Below, piece after piece: positions 15,554-22,988 of a DNA stretch of 41,778 nt; the stretch's first letter is position 1, and each line of letters opens with the position of its first letter. A program made the translations under genes and the position numbers. Under the pieces are notes generated by a model. It saw only the letters and a program-made list of their open reading frames with translations, was not told the DNA's origin and ran no database searches. The DNA lies in the IMG/VR virus record IMGVR_UViG_3300031456_000010, positions 1 through 41,778 of that record; one strand, given 5' to 3'. This stretch comes from a virus.

Positions 15554-15937
15554 CTACTTAGTTTTCCCGACAATCGTGAGATCGTCAACCGGAAAGGTGG
15601 TCACGCCAGGAATCACGATCCCATCCTCCCAGCGCTCCTCAACCGCCTTCTCCCCGATCCGGCGCTGTAGTAGCTCGAACGCATCGTACTGTTTGATGTA
15701 GGCGTAGAGCGCTCCCCAGTTCTCCACGATCGGCTTGTTCTTCCGATGCCAGTTGAGCGTGCCGAGCGTGCCACCAAGCGACTTTGCCCCACTCGCCGCG
15801 CGAATCTCGAGCAGATTTTTCTTCAGCTGATTCTCTTCAGCTTTGAGGAGCGCGGCGGCTTTGTCGGCGAGCAGCCGGTCGATGCGCTTAGCGATGTAGG
15901 CATCGACCAACTGAGTCAGATTGGCCAGATCAGTCAC
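15554..15937 (-). CDS. Hypothetical protein (127 aa)
   Basis: GTG 15937 preceded by an AGGAAGG SD. 8-nt overlap with the upstream stop. Track start TTG 15955 is an alternative. Confidence 0.7.
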   Translation of the reverse strand: MTDLANLTQLVDAYIAKRIDRLLADKAAALLKAEENQLKKNLLEIRAASGAKSLGGTLGTLNWHRKNKPIVENWGALYAYIKQYDAFELLQRRIGEKAVEERWEDGIVIPGVTTFPVDDLTIVGKTK

Positions 15938-16181
15938 GGGTGTAGCCTTCCTCAAACGCCGCAGCGGGCGAGAAGGACTCGTACCCGTCTTTGTAGCGCA
16001 CGTAGTAGCCGCCGGCTTCGGGTACGTGCTTAGCCATGTAGGCCCGACTTACTGAGAAGGGCGCGTAGCTTTCATCCGCTGGCGTGAAGATGGCGTGCTC
16101 TGCCGTGTAGTGCACATCGATGGAGCGAATCTTCAGCGCTCCAACTTGCTTGTGGCAAGTGTAGGTCGGTAGTGGCTTCAT
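15930..16181 (-). CDS. Hypothetical protein (83 aa)
   Basis: Track ORF. ATGA overlap with the upstream micro-ORF. Confidence 0.7.
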   Translation of the reverse strand: MKPLPTYTCHKQVGALKIRSIDVHYTAEHAIFTPADESYAPFSVSRAYMAKHVPEAGGYYVRYKDGYESFSPAAAFEEGYTRD

Positions 16182-16276
16182 ATTTTTAAGATCCAGGCGA
16201 CGACGGCGACCAATTCGAGGATGATCAGCACGGCGATGATCGGTCCGGCACTTTCCGTTCGTTGATACTTTTTCAT
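16178..16276 (-). CDS. Hydrophobic micro-ORF (32 aa)
   Basis: MKKYQRTESAGPIIAVLIILELVAVVAWILKI. The stop forms an ATGA overlap with ATG 16181. Confidence 0.45.
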   Translation of the reverse strand: MKKYQRTESAGPIIAVLIILELVAVVAWILKI

Positions 16277-16293
16277 GGTAACGTCGCTTTGAG

Positions 16294-16470
16294 TCAATTC
16301 AACTCAGTTTGAAGATTGGTCACTGCCCGAAGCCATTCGAGCAACGTATGCTCTCTCAGATGCGCCTCGAGTTTCTTCTCGACGATTAGCAGTACCGACC
16401 TGTTTGCGGGAATCAGCGCAGGAGCTTCGAGCGTGTAGTCGCATAGCGGACAGGGCAGGAGCACTTTCAT
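16294..16470 (-). CDS. Hypothetical protein (58 aa)
   Basis: Below track cutoff. ATG 16470 forms an ATGA overlap with the stop of 16467..16685. MKVLLPCPLCDYTLEAP... Confidence 0.5.
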   Translation of the reverse strand: MKVLLPCPLCDYTLEAPALIPANRSVLLIVEKKLEAHLREHTLLEWLRAVTNLQTELN

Positions 16471-16685
16471 CGCATTCTATCGATGCAGCGAGAACAAGTG
16501 ACTTCCCCGATGACTTCCTCAAACCCCTCGCTCTCGAATCGAGGTTCTCGGCCGCATATCGACATCTTCGGGTAGTAGGGCCTGCCGTCCGGTTTAATCT
16601 CGAGCACATGAATGAGCTTTCCGGGCGCTCGATAAGGACGCGCACGGCCTAGGAGACGAACGGGGCGGTACTTACGATTGAGCAT
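16467..16685 (-). CDS. Hypothetical protein (72 aa) with C..C....C..C-like pattern, first gene of the second leftward block
   Basis: Track ORF with protein-like composition. No SD. The start codon abuts a 13-bp inverted-repeat arm. Confidence 0.55.
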   Translation of the reverse strand: MLNRKYRPVRLLGRARPYRAPGKLIHVLEIKPDGRPYYPKMSICGREPRFESEGFEEVIGEVTCSRCIDRMR

Positions 16686-16772
16686 AAGGCAGGATTCGAC
16701 TTACACAGCCGGCTAAGCTGCTTTTCGAGAGGGCCACTCTACTGGCTACCGCCAGATCAAATCCTGCCTTAT
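16684..16772. promoter_or_regulatory. 13-bp perfect inverted repeat ATAAGGCAGGATT / AATCCTGCCTTAT enclosing 63 nt, overlapping the ATG at 16685
   Basis: Arms at 16684-16696 and 16760-16772, read directly. In a leftward RNA the 3' arm includes the start codon. Confidence 0.5.
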
Positions 16773-16815
16773 ACACAACGTGCTCGCAGTATGCGCGCGT
16801 GCTGCTCTCAAAAGC

Positions 16816-16840
16816 AAGAACCGGCTGGAAGCCGGTTCTT
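16816..16840 (-). terminator. Hairpin AAGAACCGGC-5nt-GCCGGTTCTT, terminator-like on the minus strand
   Basis: 10-bp perfect stem. On the minus strand it is followed by GCTTTTGAG. Lies in the primase 5' region, so it could stop antisense read-through. Confidence 0.45.
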
Positions 16841-16955
16841 ACACGGGGGTTGGTTTCATTTTGCCTCGTTACACATCTCCTTTCATTCAACGTCTAAAGA
16901 CTCTAGCCATTTCCTGCGTGCAAGTCTAGAGTGCCTCCTCACTCGGGGGTTTTCC

Positions 16956-18953
16956 ATGTCTGATAACGTTCTACCCTTTCGCGCGTTCCATGCGCCGCGA
17001 CAGGCGCCGTCTGAATTTGTGTCCGCATCGCTCGGGCGGGAAAATGAGGACTTCGCCATTGAAGATCTCGCCAAGTCCGGCTTAACTCCCCAAAACATGA
17101 TGGTCGATGCGCATCCGCTCATCCGCCGCCGGGCCGATGCCCGCGCCGCCTATGTCATCCCTTACTTCGATCTGACGGGGCGCCCCTTGGCGAATGCGCA
17201 GGGGGAGCTGATCATGTGGCGCACCCGGATGAAGTACCCTGAGTTTCATCGCGGCACTCGCTACGATCAGCCTTCGGGGGAGCAGCTCGCCAAGTCCAAC
17301 TTACCGCCCTCGATTCCTTACATTCATCCGCGGTTCCACACGCTTAAAGGAGATGCCATTGTCTGTGCAGAAGGCGAGAAAAAAGCGGCAAGTCTCATCA
17401 AGTACCTGGGTCTGCCTACTTTCGGAATTGGTGGCTGCCAAATGTGGCGAGACCCCGCCGGTTCAGGAGAGCTACATCCATGGATCAAGAGACTATTTGA
17501 GCTACGTGGGTGTACCGAACTTATCATCGTGCCCGATGGTGATATTTTTCGATACGACATATGCAATGCATACGGCACGTTCGCTCGAGCCGCGCAAAGC
17601 GCCGGACTGTCTGTCCGCATCATCAACCCCGGTGATAAGATCGATGATGCCCTGGTTAAGTGGGGTGCAAGCGCCCTTGAGCATTGGGCTGCACTACCAC
17701 AGATCGCGGTCAGCGATCTCGTTCAATCTTCCGGTAGTCTGGTCAAGAAGTACCAGCTTAGCTTTAAGACTGACTCCCACGACCGGATCATTGTCCATCA
17801 ACATTCTTCAAATATCATGAGATTGATGGAAGAGCACCCGGCCTTTCCGAAAGTGTGGCGCAACCTCGACTCCAATCGCGTCATGATCGGGGAGGCGATC
17901 GCGCAGCCCGATGCGACCGAGATGGACATCGCGAACTACTTCCAGCACAACCTTGGGTTTGAGAAGGTGCAGCATCGCCTGATCTTCTCCTGCATCCAGG
18001 CCCTGGCGAAACGTAACGCGAAATCGCCCATGCTCAACTGGATCCGCTCACTGGTTTGGGATGGTGTGCCGCGCCTGGATGACTGGATGATCCGTCTATG
18101 GGGCGTGGAAGACAATGCCTACCACCGTGAGATCGCGGCGAAGTGGCTGATTAGCGCCTGCGCGCGGCAAGATAAGCCGGGCACCAAGATCGATTGGCTG
18201 ATGATCGTGGTGGGTCCGCAGAAGACCGGTAAGACTACGATGCCGAATATTCTCTTTCCGGGAAACTCTCTCACCCTCTATGGAGAACAGAATGACAAAG
18301 ATCTACACATGCTCCTACACTCCGCGCTGGTCGTGGGCTTTGATGAACTGGACAGTTTCAATCGCAAGGAGTCCTCCACTCTCAAAGCTATGGTCACTCG
18401 ACAAGAGGACTCCTTTCGACCCCCTTACGGCGCTTCCATTGAAGTCTTCCCCCGCCGGTTCACCCTCTACGGGTGTGGGAATCGCCATGAGTTTCTGCAT
18501 TCAGACCCGTCAGGCTATCGCCGTTACCCCGTCATCGAGGTCAAACGCCTGCTTGATTTTGCCGCGCTTGAGGCCGAGCGCGCCCAGCTGTGGGCAGAGA
18601 GCTGGGCCCGGTACAAGAGCGGCTCCTCGCGCTTCTGGGAGGTTGAGGGGGCCTCTGAGAAGAGCGCTCAGTACTCGATCTCCGACCCACTTTCGGACCA
18701 GATTCTCAACTGGGTGGCAGCGCAGTGTTTGAATAAGGCTGGGACCAACGTGCGCGACGGGGTGCTCTACTTCAACATCCCCCAGCTTCTCACGGGTCTT
18801 AATCGCGAGCATGAGATGCGCAACACGATGACGCTGCGCGATGTGGGGAACCTTCTCTGCACGCACGGCATTCGTAAAGGGGAGGGGTTAGCACCGGTAC
18901 CGGGGATGCTGGGGCGCTACTACGTCGTGTCGATCAAGCAGTTTTTTAATTAG
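16956..18953 (+). CDS. Primase-helicase: Toprim domain plus VirE/D5-like P-loop NTPase (665 aa)
   Basis: Start moved to ATG 16956 (MSDNVLPF). CAEGEKKAASL and IIVPDGD (Toprim E and DxD). Walker A GPQKTGKT and Walker B VVGFDELD. Confidence 0.88.
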   Translation: MSDNVLPFRAFHAPRQAPSEFVSASLGRENEDFAIEDLAKSGLTPQNMMVDAHPLIRRRADARAAYVIPYFDLTGRPLANAQGELIMWRTRMKYPEFHRGTRYDQPSGEQLAKSNLPPSIPYIHPRFHTLKGDAIVCAEGEKKAASLIKYLGLPTFGIGGCQMWRDPAGSGELHPWIKRLFELRGCTELIIVPDGDIFRYDICNAYGTFARAAQSAGLSVRIINPGDKIDDALVKWGASALEHWAALPQIAVSDLVQSSGSLVKKYQLSFKTDSHDRIIVHQHSSNIMRLMEEHPAFPKVWRNLDSNRVMIGEAIAQPDATEMDIANYFQHNLGFEKVQHRLIFSCIQALAKRNAKSPMLNWIRSLVWDGVPRLDDWMIRLWGVEDNAYHREIAAKWLISACARQDKPGTKIDWLMIVVGPQKTGKTTMPNILFPGNSLTLYGEQNDKDLHMLLHSALVVGFDELDSFNRKESSTLKAMVTRQEDSFRPPYGASIEVFPRRFTLYGCGNRHEFLHSDPSGYRRYPVIEVKRLLDFAALEAERAQLWAESWARYKSGSSRFWEVEGASEKSAQYSISDPLSDQILNWVAAQCLNKAGTNVRDGVLYFNIPQLLTGLNREHEMRNTMTLRDVGNLLCTHGIRKGEGLAPVPGMLGRYYVVSIKQFFN

Positions 18954-18969
18954 GTGCTTGAGATCATCG

Positions 18970-19176
18970 TTACGTGTCCGTGGGGTCCGGTGACTGCGCG
19001 TGCCTCACAAGCAAACCGATTTGTTGAAGCGTTATGCCCATGCGGTCACAACTACGGTGCTGGGAGCGAAACTGTTCGTGTTCTTTGATGCGTTTGCGAA
19101 GCACGTCATTTTCGACTCGCTCAGCCAGCAACTCTCGCTCTAGGCGTTGGATAGTATGTGCAGCGCCTTCGCTCAT
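18970..19176 (-). CDS. Hypothetical coiled-coil protein (68 aa)
   Basis: Track ORF. ATGA-type coupling upstream. Convergent with the primase, 16-nt gap. Confidence 0.6.
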   Translation of the reverse strand: MSEGAAHTIQRLERELLAERVENDVLRKRIKEHEQFRSQHRSCDRMGITLQQIGLLVRHAQSPDPTDT

Positions 19177-19379
19177 GTGTCACCGTCCACGGTTGCAGTG
19201 CGACGTTCCTTGAACTTCTGGCAAAGGCAATGACGGCAGTAGTCCGCTTTCACTGGGCCCTTGATGTGCTGCGCGTAGCTATGGCCGCATTCGCAAAACC
19301 ACTGCTTGTTTAGTCGGTCTTCCTCAGCTTCCCAACCTGCCTCAAGCTCCTCACGCGGGATGTCGAATCCTCTAGCCAT
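19173..19379 (-). CDS. Small Cys/His-rich protein (68 aa; alternative start ATG 19475 gives 100 aa)
   Basis: ATG 19379 preceded by GGAG with a 6-nt spacer. CECGHSYAQH...CRHCLC pattern. Confidence 0.55.
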   Translation of the reverse strand: MARGFDIPREELEAGWEAEEDRLNKQWFCECGHSYAQHIKGPVKADYCRHCLCQKFKERRTATVDGDT

Positions 19380-19590
19380 TTGAGTCTCCGGATGCGCTGA
19401 CAGCGTGACACCCGCAGTCACAATTCCCGCCGAATAATGTATTGGCTCCAGTGCAGTCACGGTGCCTGCGCTCAAAGCACTGGATGCTCATCGCTGGCTC
19501 TGGCTTCGTGGAGTTGCCCACAACGATTCGTCTGAGCCGATCTCCTCCCGAGCGGCGGCTGTTCCGATTGAAATGGGCGTCGCGGCTCAT
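19372..19590 (-). CDS. Possible 72-aa Arg/Cys-rich ORF (competes with the 100-aa reading of the neighbouring gene)
   Basis: ATG 19590 forms an ATGA overlap with the stop of 19587..19811. Composition is Arg-rich, so coding status is uncertain. Confidence 0.3.
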   Translation of the reverse strand: MSRDAHFNRNSRRSGGDRLRRIVVGNSTKPEPAMSIQCFERRHRDCTGANTLFGGNCDCGCHAVSASGDSNG

Positions 19591-19811
19591 GGATGCGCGT
19601 CTCCATTAACCGTGCTTCGCTTTAGCGCTGCCGCGTTGATGGCCTCGATTTCTTCAGGTGAAAATCCAAGATACTTCTGCCAGCGCGGTCGCTGGATCAT
19701 GTCGAAGCCGTGATGCGGCCAAAGACGCAGCCAACGCTGAAAGTTACGCATCTCGCGACGGTCCTGAGGACTGGGTATCTTCGCGATGTCTGCTTCGCTG
19801 CCGATGATCAC
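19587..19811 (-). CDS. Hypothetical protein (74 aa)
   Basis: GTG start preceded by a GGAGGG SD with a 6-nt spacer. Confidence 0.7.
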   Translation of the reverse strand: MIIGSEADIAKIPSPQDRREMRNFQRWLRLWPHHGFDMIQRPRWQKYLGFSPEEIEAINAAALKRSTVNGDAHP

Positions 19812-19932
19812 GATTGACCCTCCGCGGCTTTGATCGGGAGTCCCCTAGAGCTTTCGAGGCTCTTTCGCCGCAGCGTTGCTGGCTCGCTTGCGCCTACTTC
19901 CCGACGGCCCAGACCTGAGGGTAGGGAACAAA

Positions 19933-20673
19933 TCATTTCGCACTTTCGGCCGCTTTCACCGCGACTCGAACTGCCTCGCGCAATTCCATCGGCGCGATCG
20001 GCGTTCCGGAATCGTCGTATAGAAAGTCCCGGCATTGCTCCAAAAGCTCTCTCAGACGGTTTCGATCATCCTTGCAGTCATCGCATGGCGTGCGAACCGG
20101 TTCCGTTTTTTCAGAGATTCGCGGGTCGAAAGTATGATTCTCATGTAGCAACGGCTGACCGCAGAGCTTGCAGACAGTCTCAATGCTGCTGTTTGTGCGC
20201 ATCGCGTGAGTCACTGCCGTTTTCTCAGAGAGTCCTTGGCGCTCATCGCGCGCGGTCATAGCCTCAGTTGAGAACGCCGCCTCGATGCCGCGTAGCTCTG
20301 GCGTCTCGGGAGCGGCTCTATCGCATTCGGCTACCACGTCTTTAAGACGTTCACGTAGATTGCAAAACTTGGCGTGCTGTTTGCCAATGCAAGCCTCGTC
20401 AACCTCATGCAGTTGTTTCCAGTTGGCGCACTCCCGCTGTAGCCGCTCGATCTCAGCTTGCGCATCGTCGTAGCGGACCCATGCACCGTCGTCCGTCTCC
20501 ATCGGAGATTCTTCGCCGCACGAATCGTGGAAAACGGCATAGCGTGTAAGCTGAGTCTTTGAGGATTGCTTCTCGTTCTCCGCAAACTTGCATGCCTCAC
20601 ATATGCCACAATCGCATTCCGTTGCACGCTGCCTCAGTTCCGCGGCATGAGTCTCTAAAGTCCGGTCGTTCAT
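19933..20673 (-). CDS. Hypothetical Cys-rich protein (246 aa)
   Basis: ATG 20673 forms an ATGA overlap with the upstream stop. Several CxxC motifs (CDCGICEAC, CKLCG, CDDC). Confidence 0.75.
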   Translation of the reverse strand: MNDRTLETHAAELRQRATECDCGICEACKFAENEKQSSKTQLTRYAVFHDSCGEESPMETDDGAWVRYDDAQAEIERLQRECANWKQLHEVDEACIGKQHAKFCNLRERLKDVVAECDRAAPETPELRGIEAAFSTEAMTARDERQGLSEKTAVTHAMRTNSSIETVCKLCGQPLLHENHTFDPRISEKTEPVRTPCDDCKDDRNRLRELLEQCRDFLYDDSGTPIAPMELREAVRVAVKAAESAK

Positions 20674-21020
20674 TCTTTCAACCTCGAGGTGCACAGGTCG
20701 AGCATGTGGGCGGAGACGACACGGAAGCTGTGCCCGATAGCGTCCTTAACCGTATCCATGATCGCGCTGTGAACGCTCTGTGCGAGCATCTCGCGCTCTG
20801 CTTTCGTCATGCTGTCGGGCACGATGAGCTGAATTCGGGTCGCGGATAGGCCGTCTGTCAGATCGGCGAAGAGCTGCATCAGCACTTTGGCCTTCAGACG
20901 CATGAGATCGGCCGAGTCGCCGCACCGGGCCCCCTCCTCAATCAGATTGCGCTCGATCCGTACGCGCGTCGCCTCCACCTCTTTGTCGAGTCCGAACTTA
21001 GCTTCAATGACTTGCCCCAT
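20670..21020 (-). CDS. Hypothetical protein (116 aa)
   Basis: Track ORF. TAATG overlap with the upstream small ORF. Confidence 0.7.
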   Translation of the reverse strand: MGQVIEAKFGLDKEVEATRVRIERNLIEEGARCGDSADLMRLKAKVLMQLFADLTDGLSATRIQLIVPDSMTKAEREMLAQSVHSAIMDTVKDAIGHSFRVVSAHMLDLCTSRLKE

Positions 21021-21193
21021 TAGGTGCTCCGTAGGCTGACGGCAATCTGGCCGGTGTCGATCTGATGGGTGACCTGATCGACTTTATAGCTTACGGCCAG
21101 ATAGATCACGCGTTCCCCGATGCGGGGCACGGTCTGCAGTCGAGGCAGCGTGATCACACCGTGCCCGGGGATCCAGAAGTCGATCGTCACCAT
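21020..21193 (-). CDS. Hypothetical protein (57 aa)
   Basis: Below track cutoff. MVTIDFWIPGHGVITLPRLQTVPRIGERVIYLAVSYKVDQV... Overlaps both neighbours by a few nt. Confidence 0.5.
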   Translation of the reverse strand: MVTIDFWIPGHGVITLPRLQTVPRIGERVIYLAVSYKVDQVTHQIDTGQIAVSLRST

Positions 21194-21426
21194 TTATCGC
21201 GCTCCAGCCTCTTGAGCGCTTCCTCAGCTCGCACGACGGCTTCTGATGGATCTGCACCCAAGCGTTTTTTAAGCCGGTCATAAGTATAAGGGGCAAATAA
21301 GGAAGTGCAGTCCATGAGCAGATACATGGCGGCTTGCCGTTGTTCCTGTGGAAGCTTTTTGAGTTGCTTTGCAGCAATGCTTGCCAAGTCTTGGCAAAAC
21401 TCATCAGTACTGAATTTTTTTACCAC
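21187..21426 (-). CDS. Hypothetical protein (79 aa)
   Basis: Track ORF with helical composition. Confidence 0.65.
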   Translation of the reverse strand: MVKKFSTDEFCQDLASIAAKQLKKLPQEQRQAAMYLLMDCTSLFAPYTYDRLKKRLGADPSEAVVRAEEALKRLERDKW

Positions 21427-22007
21427 CCCATTCTCCCCGCGCAGACGGGGCCGATCCCGGCCGCGACGCTCTCCTCATTTTCCAACGGCCGGCCGCAGAT
21501 GCCGCAGGTGCTGGTCAGGCGCCCGTAGGCGGCGGAGGCGGCTTTCGGATCAGCGGCAATCTGAGTGAGCTGCGTTACGATGCTGCCTTGGTAGCTGCCC
21601 TGAGGGCGCTGTGCGCCGTAGCGTCGGGCCTGCCCGTACTCACTTGCATCTGCTACGAAGATCCATCCTTGCCATTTGCCCGAGCCGTGGCTCACTTTGA
21701 CTTTCAGCCGCGTATCGCCGCCGGGCACGGCGTAGAGGCCGGACGGAACTTTGGACAGATCAAGGCCGGCTGCTTCAGACGGGGGTTGCGCACGGTAGGC
21801 CATACATTTGTGTACTGCAGCGAGCTGCCCTGGCGTGAGGCCGCCCCACTGTCTGAGCACGTCGCGCATCCTCACTGCGAAGTCGAATGTGGAGGAGTTG
21901 ATCCATTTCGCCTCTTCAGGATACTGCTGTGCCCAGCTCTTTACCGGCGCCGGCGCTGCCGGTTGCGCATATCGGTAGAGCGATTCGAAAGAGTAGTTAG
22001 TGGTCAT
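21420..22007 (-). CDS. Hypothetical protein with DUF6011-like C-terminus (195 aa)
   Basis: C-terminal CGICGRPLENEESVAAGIGPVCAGR matches the C..CGR.L....S...GIGP.C signature as I recall it for DUF6011. Confidence 0.75.
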   Translation of the reverse strand: MTTNYSFESLYRYAQPAAPAPVKSWAQQYPEEAKWINSSTFDFAVRMRDVLRQWGGLTPGQLAAVHKCMAYRAQPPSEAAGLDLSKVPSGLYAVPGGDTRLKVKVSHGSGKWQGWIFVADASEYGQARRYGAQRPQGSYQGSIVTQLTQIAADPKAASAAYGRLTSTCGICGRPLENEESVAAGIGPVCAGRMGW

Positions 22008-22016
22008 GTCATCTCC

Positions 22017-22181
22017 TCAATCTGCTTGTTCAGCTCTCTGATTGGCTTCGATGGTGTTGATGAGTGCGAAGACCATGCGATGAAAGCGGGTTACGCCGTG
22101 TCGGTAGTCTTTACTGAATCGGAATCCCGTCAGTTTTAAGGCCGGGGCGATCAGTTTGGCATTCAGGCTTCGCATCGTCAT
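22017..22181 (-). CDS. Hypothetical protein (54 aa; ATG 22175 also possible)
   Basis: GAGGAG SD upstream of ATG 22181/22175. Track start 22229 is a TTG inside the divergent promoter region. Confidence 0.5.
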   Translation of the reverse strand: MTMRSLNAKLIAPALKLTGFRFSKDYRHGVTRFHRMVFALINTIEANQRAEQAD

Positions 22182-22211
22182 TATCTCCTCAGTTGCTCGC
22201 AGTATGCACGC

Positions 22212-22239
22212 GGGAACTGACGCTGTCAACCCGCGTTAA
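22212..22239 (+). promoter_or_regulatory. Candidate ECF-type promoter GGGAAC-N16-CGTTAA
   Basis: AAC ends at 22217 and CGT starts at 22234. The spacer contains GACGCTGTC (22219-22227). GGGAGA SD at 22248 and ATG at 22259 follow. Confidence 0.4.
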
Positions 22240-22258
22240 TTGTGTTTGGGAGACCGAC

Positions 22259-22447
22259 ATGATCATGACGCTCATCACGCTGCTCATCTTCCTCGCCATT
22301 ATCGGGCTTGTGCTTTGGGGGATCCAGCAGATTCCCGGCATCCCGGCGATCGTCAAGACGATCATCTACATTATCGCCGGGATCCTTCTCTTACTCTGGC
22401 TGTTGAACGCCGTTCAACAGCATGGCTCGCTTTCGCTAGAAGGGTGA
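22259..22447 (+). CDS. Two-TM hydrophobic peptide (62 aa), antisense to the early operon
   Basis: ATG 22259 preceded by a GGGAGA SD. MIMTLITLLIFLAIIGLVLWGIQQIPGIPAIVKTIIYIIAGILLLLWLLNAVQQHGSLSLEG. Confidence 0.65.
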   Translation: MIMTLITLLIFLAIIGLVLWGIQQIPGIPAIVKTIIYIIAGILLLLWLLNAVQQHGSLSLEG

Positions 22448-22600
22448 GTTGCATTGCCACAGCCAGTCCGGATCAAACTCCCCATTAGTGCGGAAGCTGT
22501 CCGGCTCGGCCATTTCCATAATGCCTTGGACGAACTGGGCAAACGTCGCCTGCTGCTTGCCGCAGTAACAGATCCATAGAAGCAGTTCGTCGTGCGTCAT
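22436..22600 (-). CDS. Hypothetical protein (54 aa)
   Basis: Below track cutoff. ATG 22600 forms an ATGA overlap with the upstream stop. Its 3' end overlaps the plus-strand peptide gene by 12 nt. Confidence 0.5.
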   Translation of the reverse strand: MTHDELLLWICYCGKQQATFAQFVQGIMEMAEPDSFRTNGEFDPDWLWQCNSPF

Positions 22601-22821
22601 GACATGCTCAATGGGCAGCTATCGAGAAGCTGATAGTAGATACCGCTCTCCCCTATTCTATGAAATGGGCGGGCATCGAGATCTGCGCGGTTAAACAGGA
22701 CAAACTGTTGAGTGTGTTCCACGTTGCGCAGGACCTGTCTAAGGGCGCGGGTGACGTTGTCTTCTGCTGCGTACGTCGCCACGTGGACTTCCACGGCAAG
22801 GCCCCAACATAGGCCGATCAT
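22597..22821 (-). CDS. Hypothetical protein (74 aa)
   Basis: Track ORF. ATGA overlaps at both ends. Confidence 0.6.
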   Translation of the reverse strand: MIGLCWGLAVEVHVATYAAEDNVTRALRQVLRNVEHTQQFVLFNRADLDARPFHRIGESGIYYQLLDSCPLSMS

Positions 22822-22988
22822 TGAATCGCTGCCGCGTAGTTGATGGCGATTTGCAGCTGCTCGATCGCCATCCCAACGCGAGCGCGGTTGGGGCCGATCA
22901 GCTGCATCTGAATGATCTCAAGCTTTCGCTCGGCCTGCTTTAAGTCGTGCAGGGCCTCTTGGATGTCGATCCGGTCGGTGTCTGTCAT
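22818..22988 (-). CDS. Coiled-coil small protein (56 aa) overlapping the sigma factor 3' end
   Basis: Below track cutoff. GGAGAC SD with 6-nt spacer before ATG 22988. MTDTDRIDIQEALHDLKQAERKLEIIQMQL... Confidence 0.5.
   Translation of the reverse strand: MTDTDRIDIQEALHDLKQAERKLEIIQMQLIGPNRARVGMAIEQLQIAINYAAAIQ

Noticed and set aside
16791-16955. N-terminal extension of the primase ORF, and the minus-strand ORF 16672..16890
   Set aside because: The region is occupied by hairpins and inverted repeats. The translation is not protein-like. ATG 16956 gives a sensible N-terminus.
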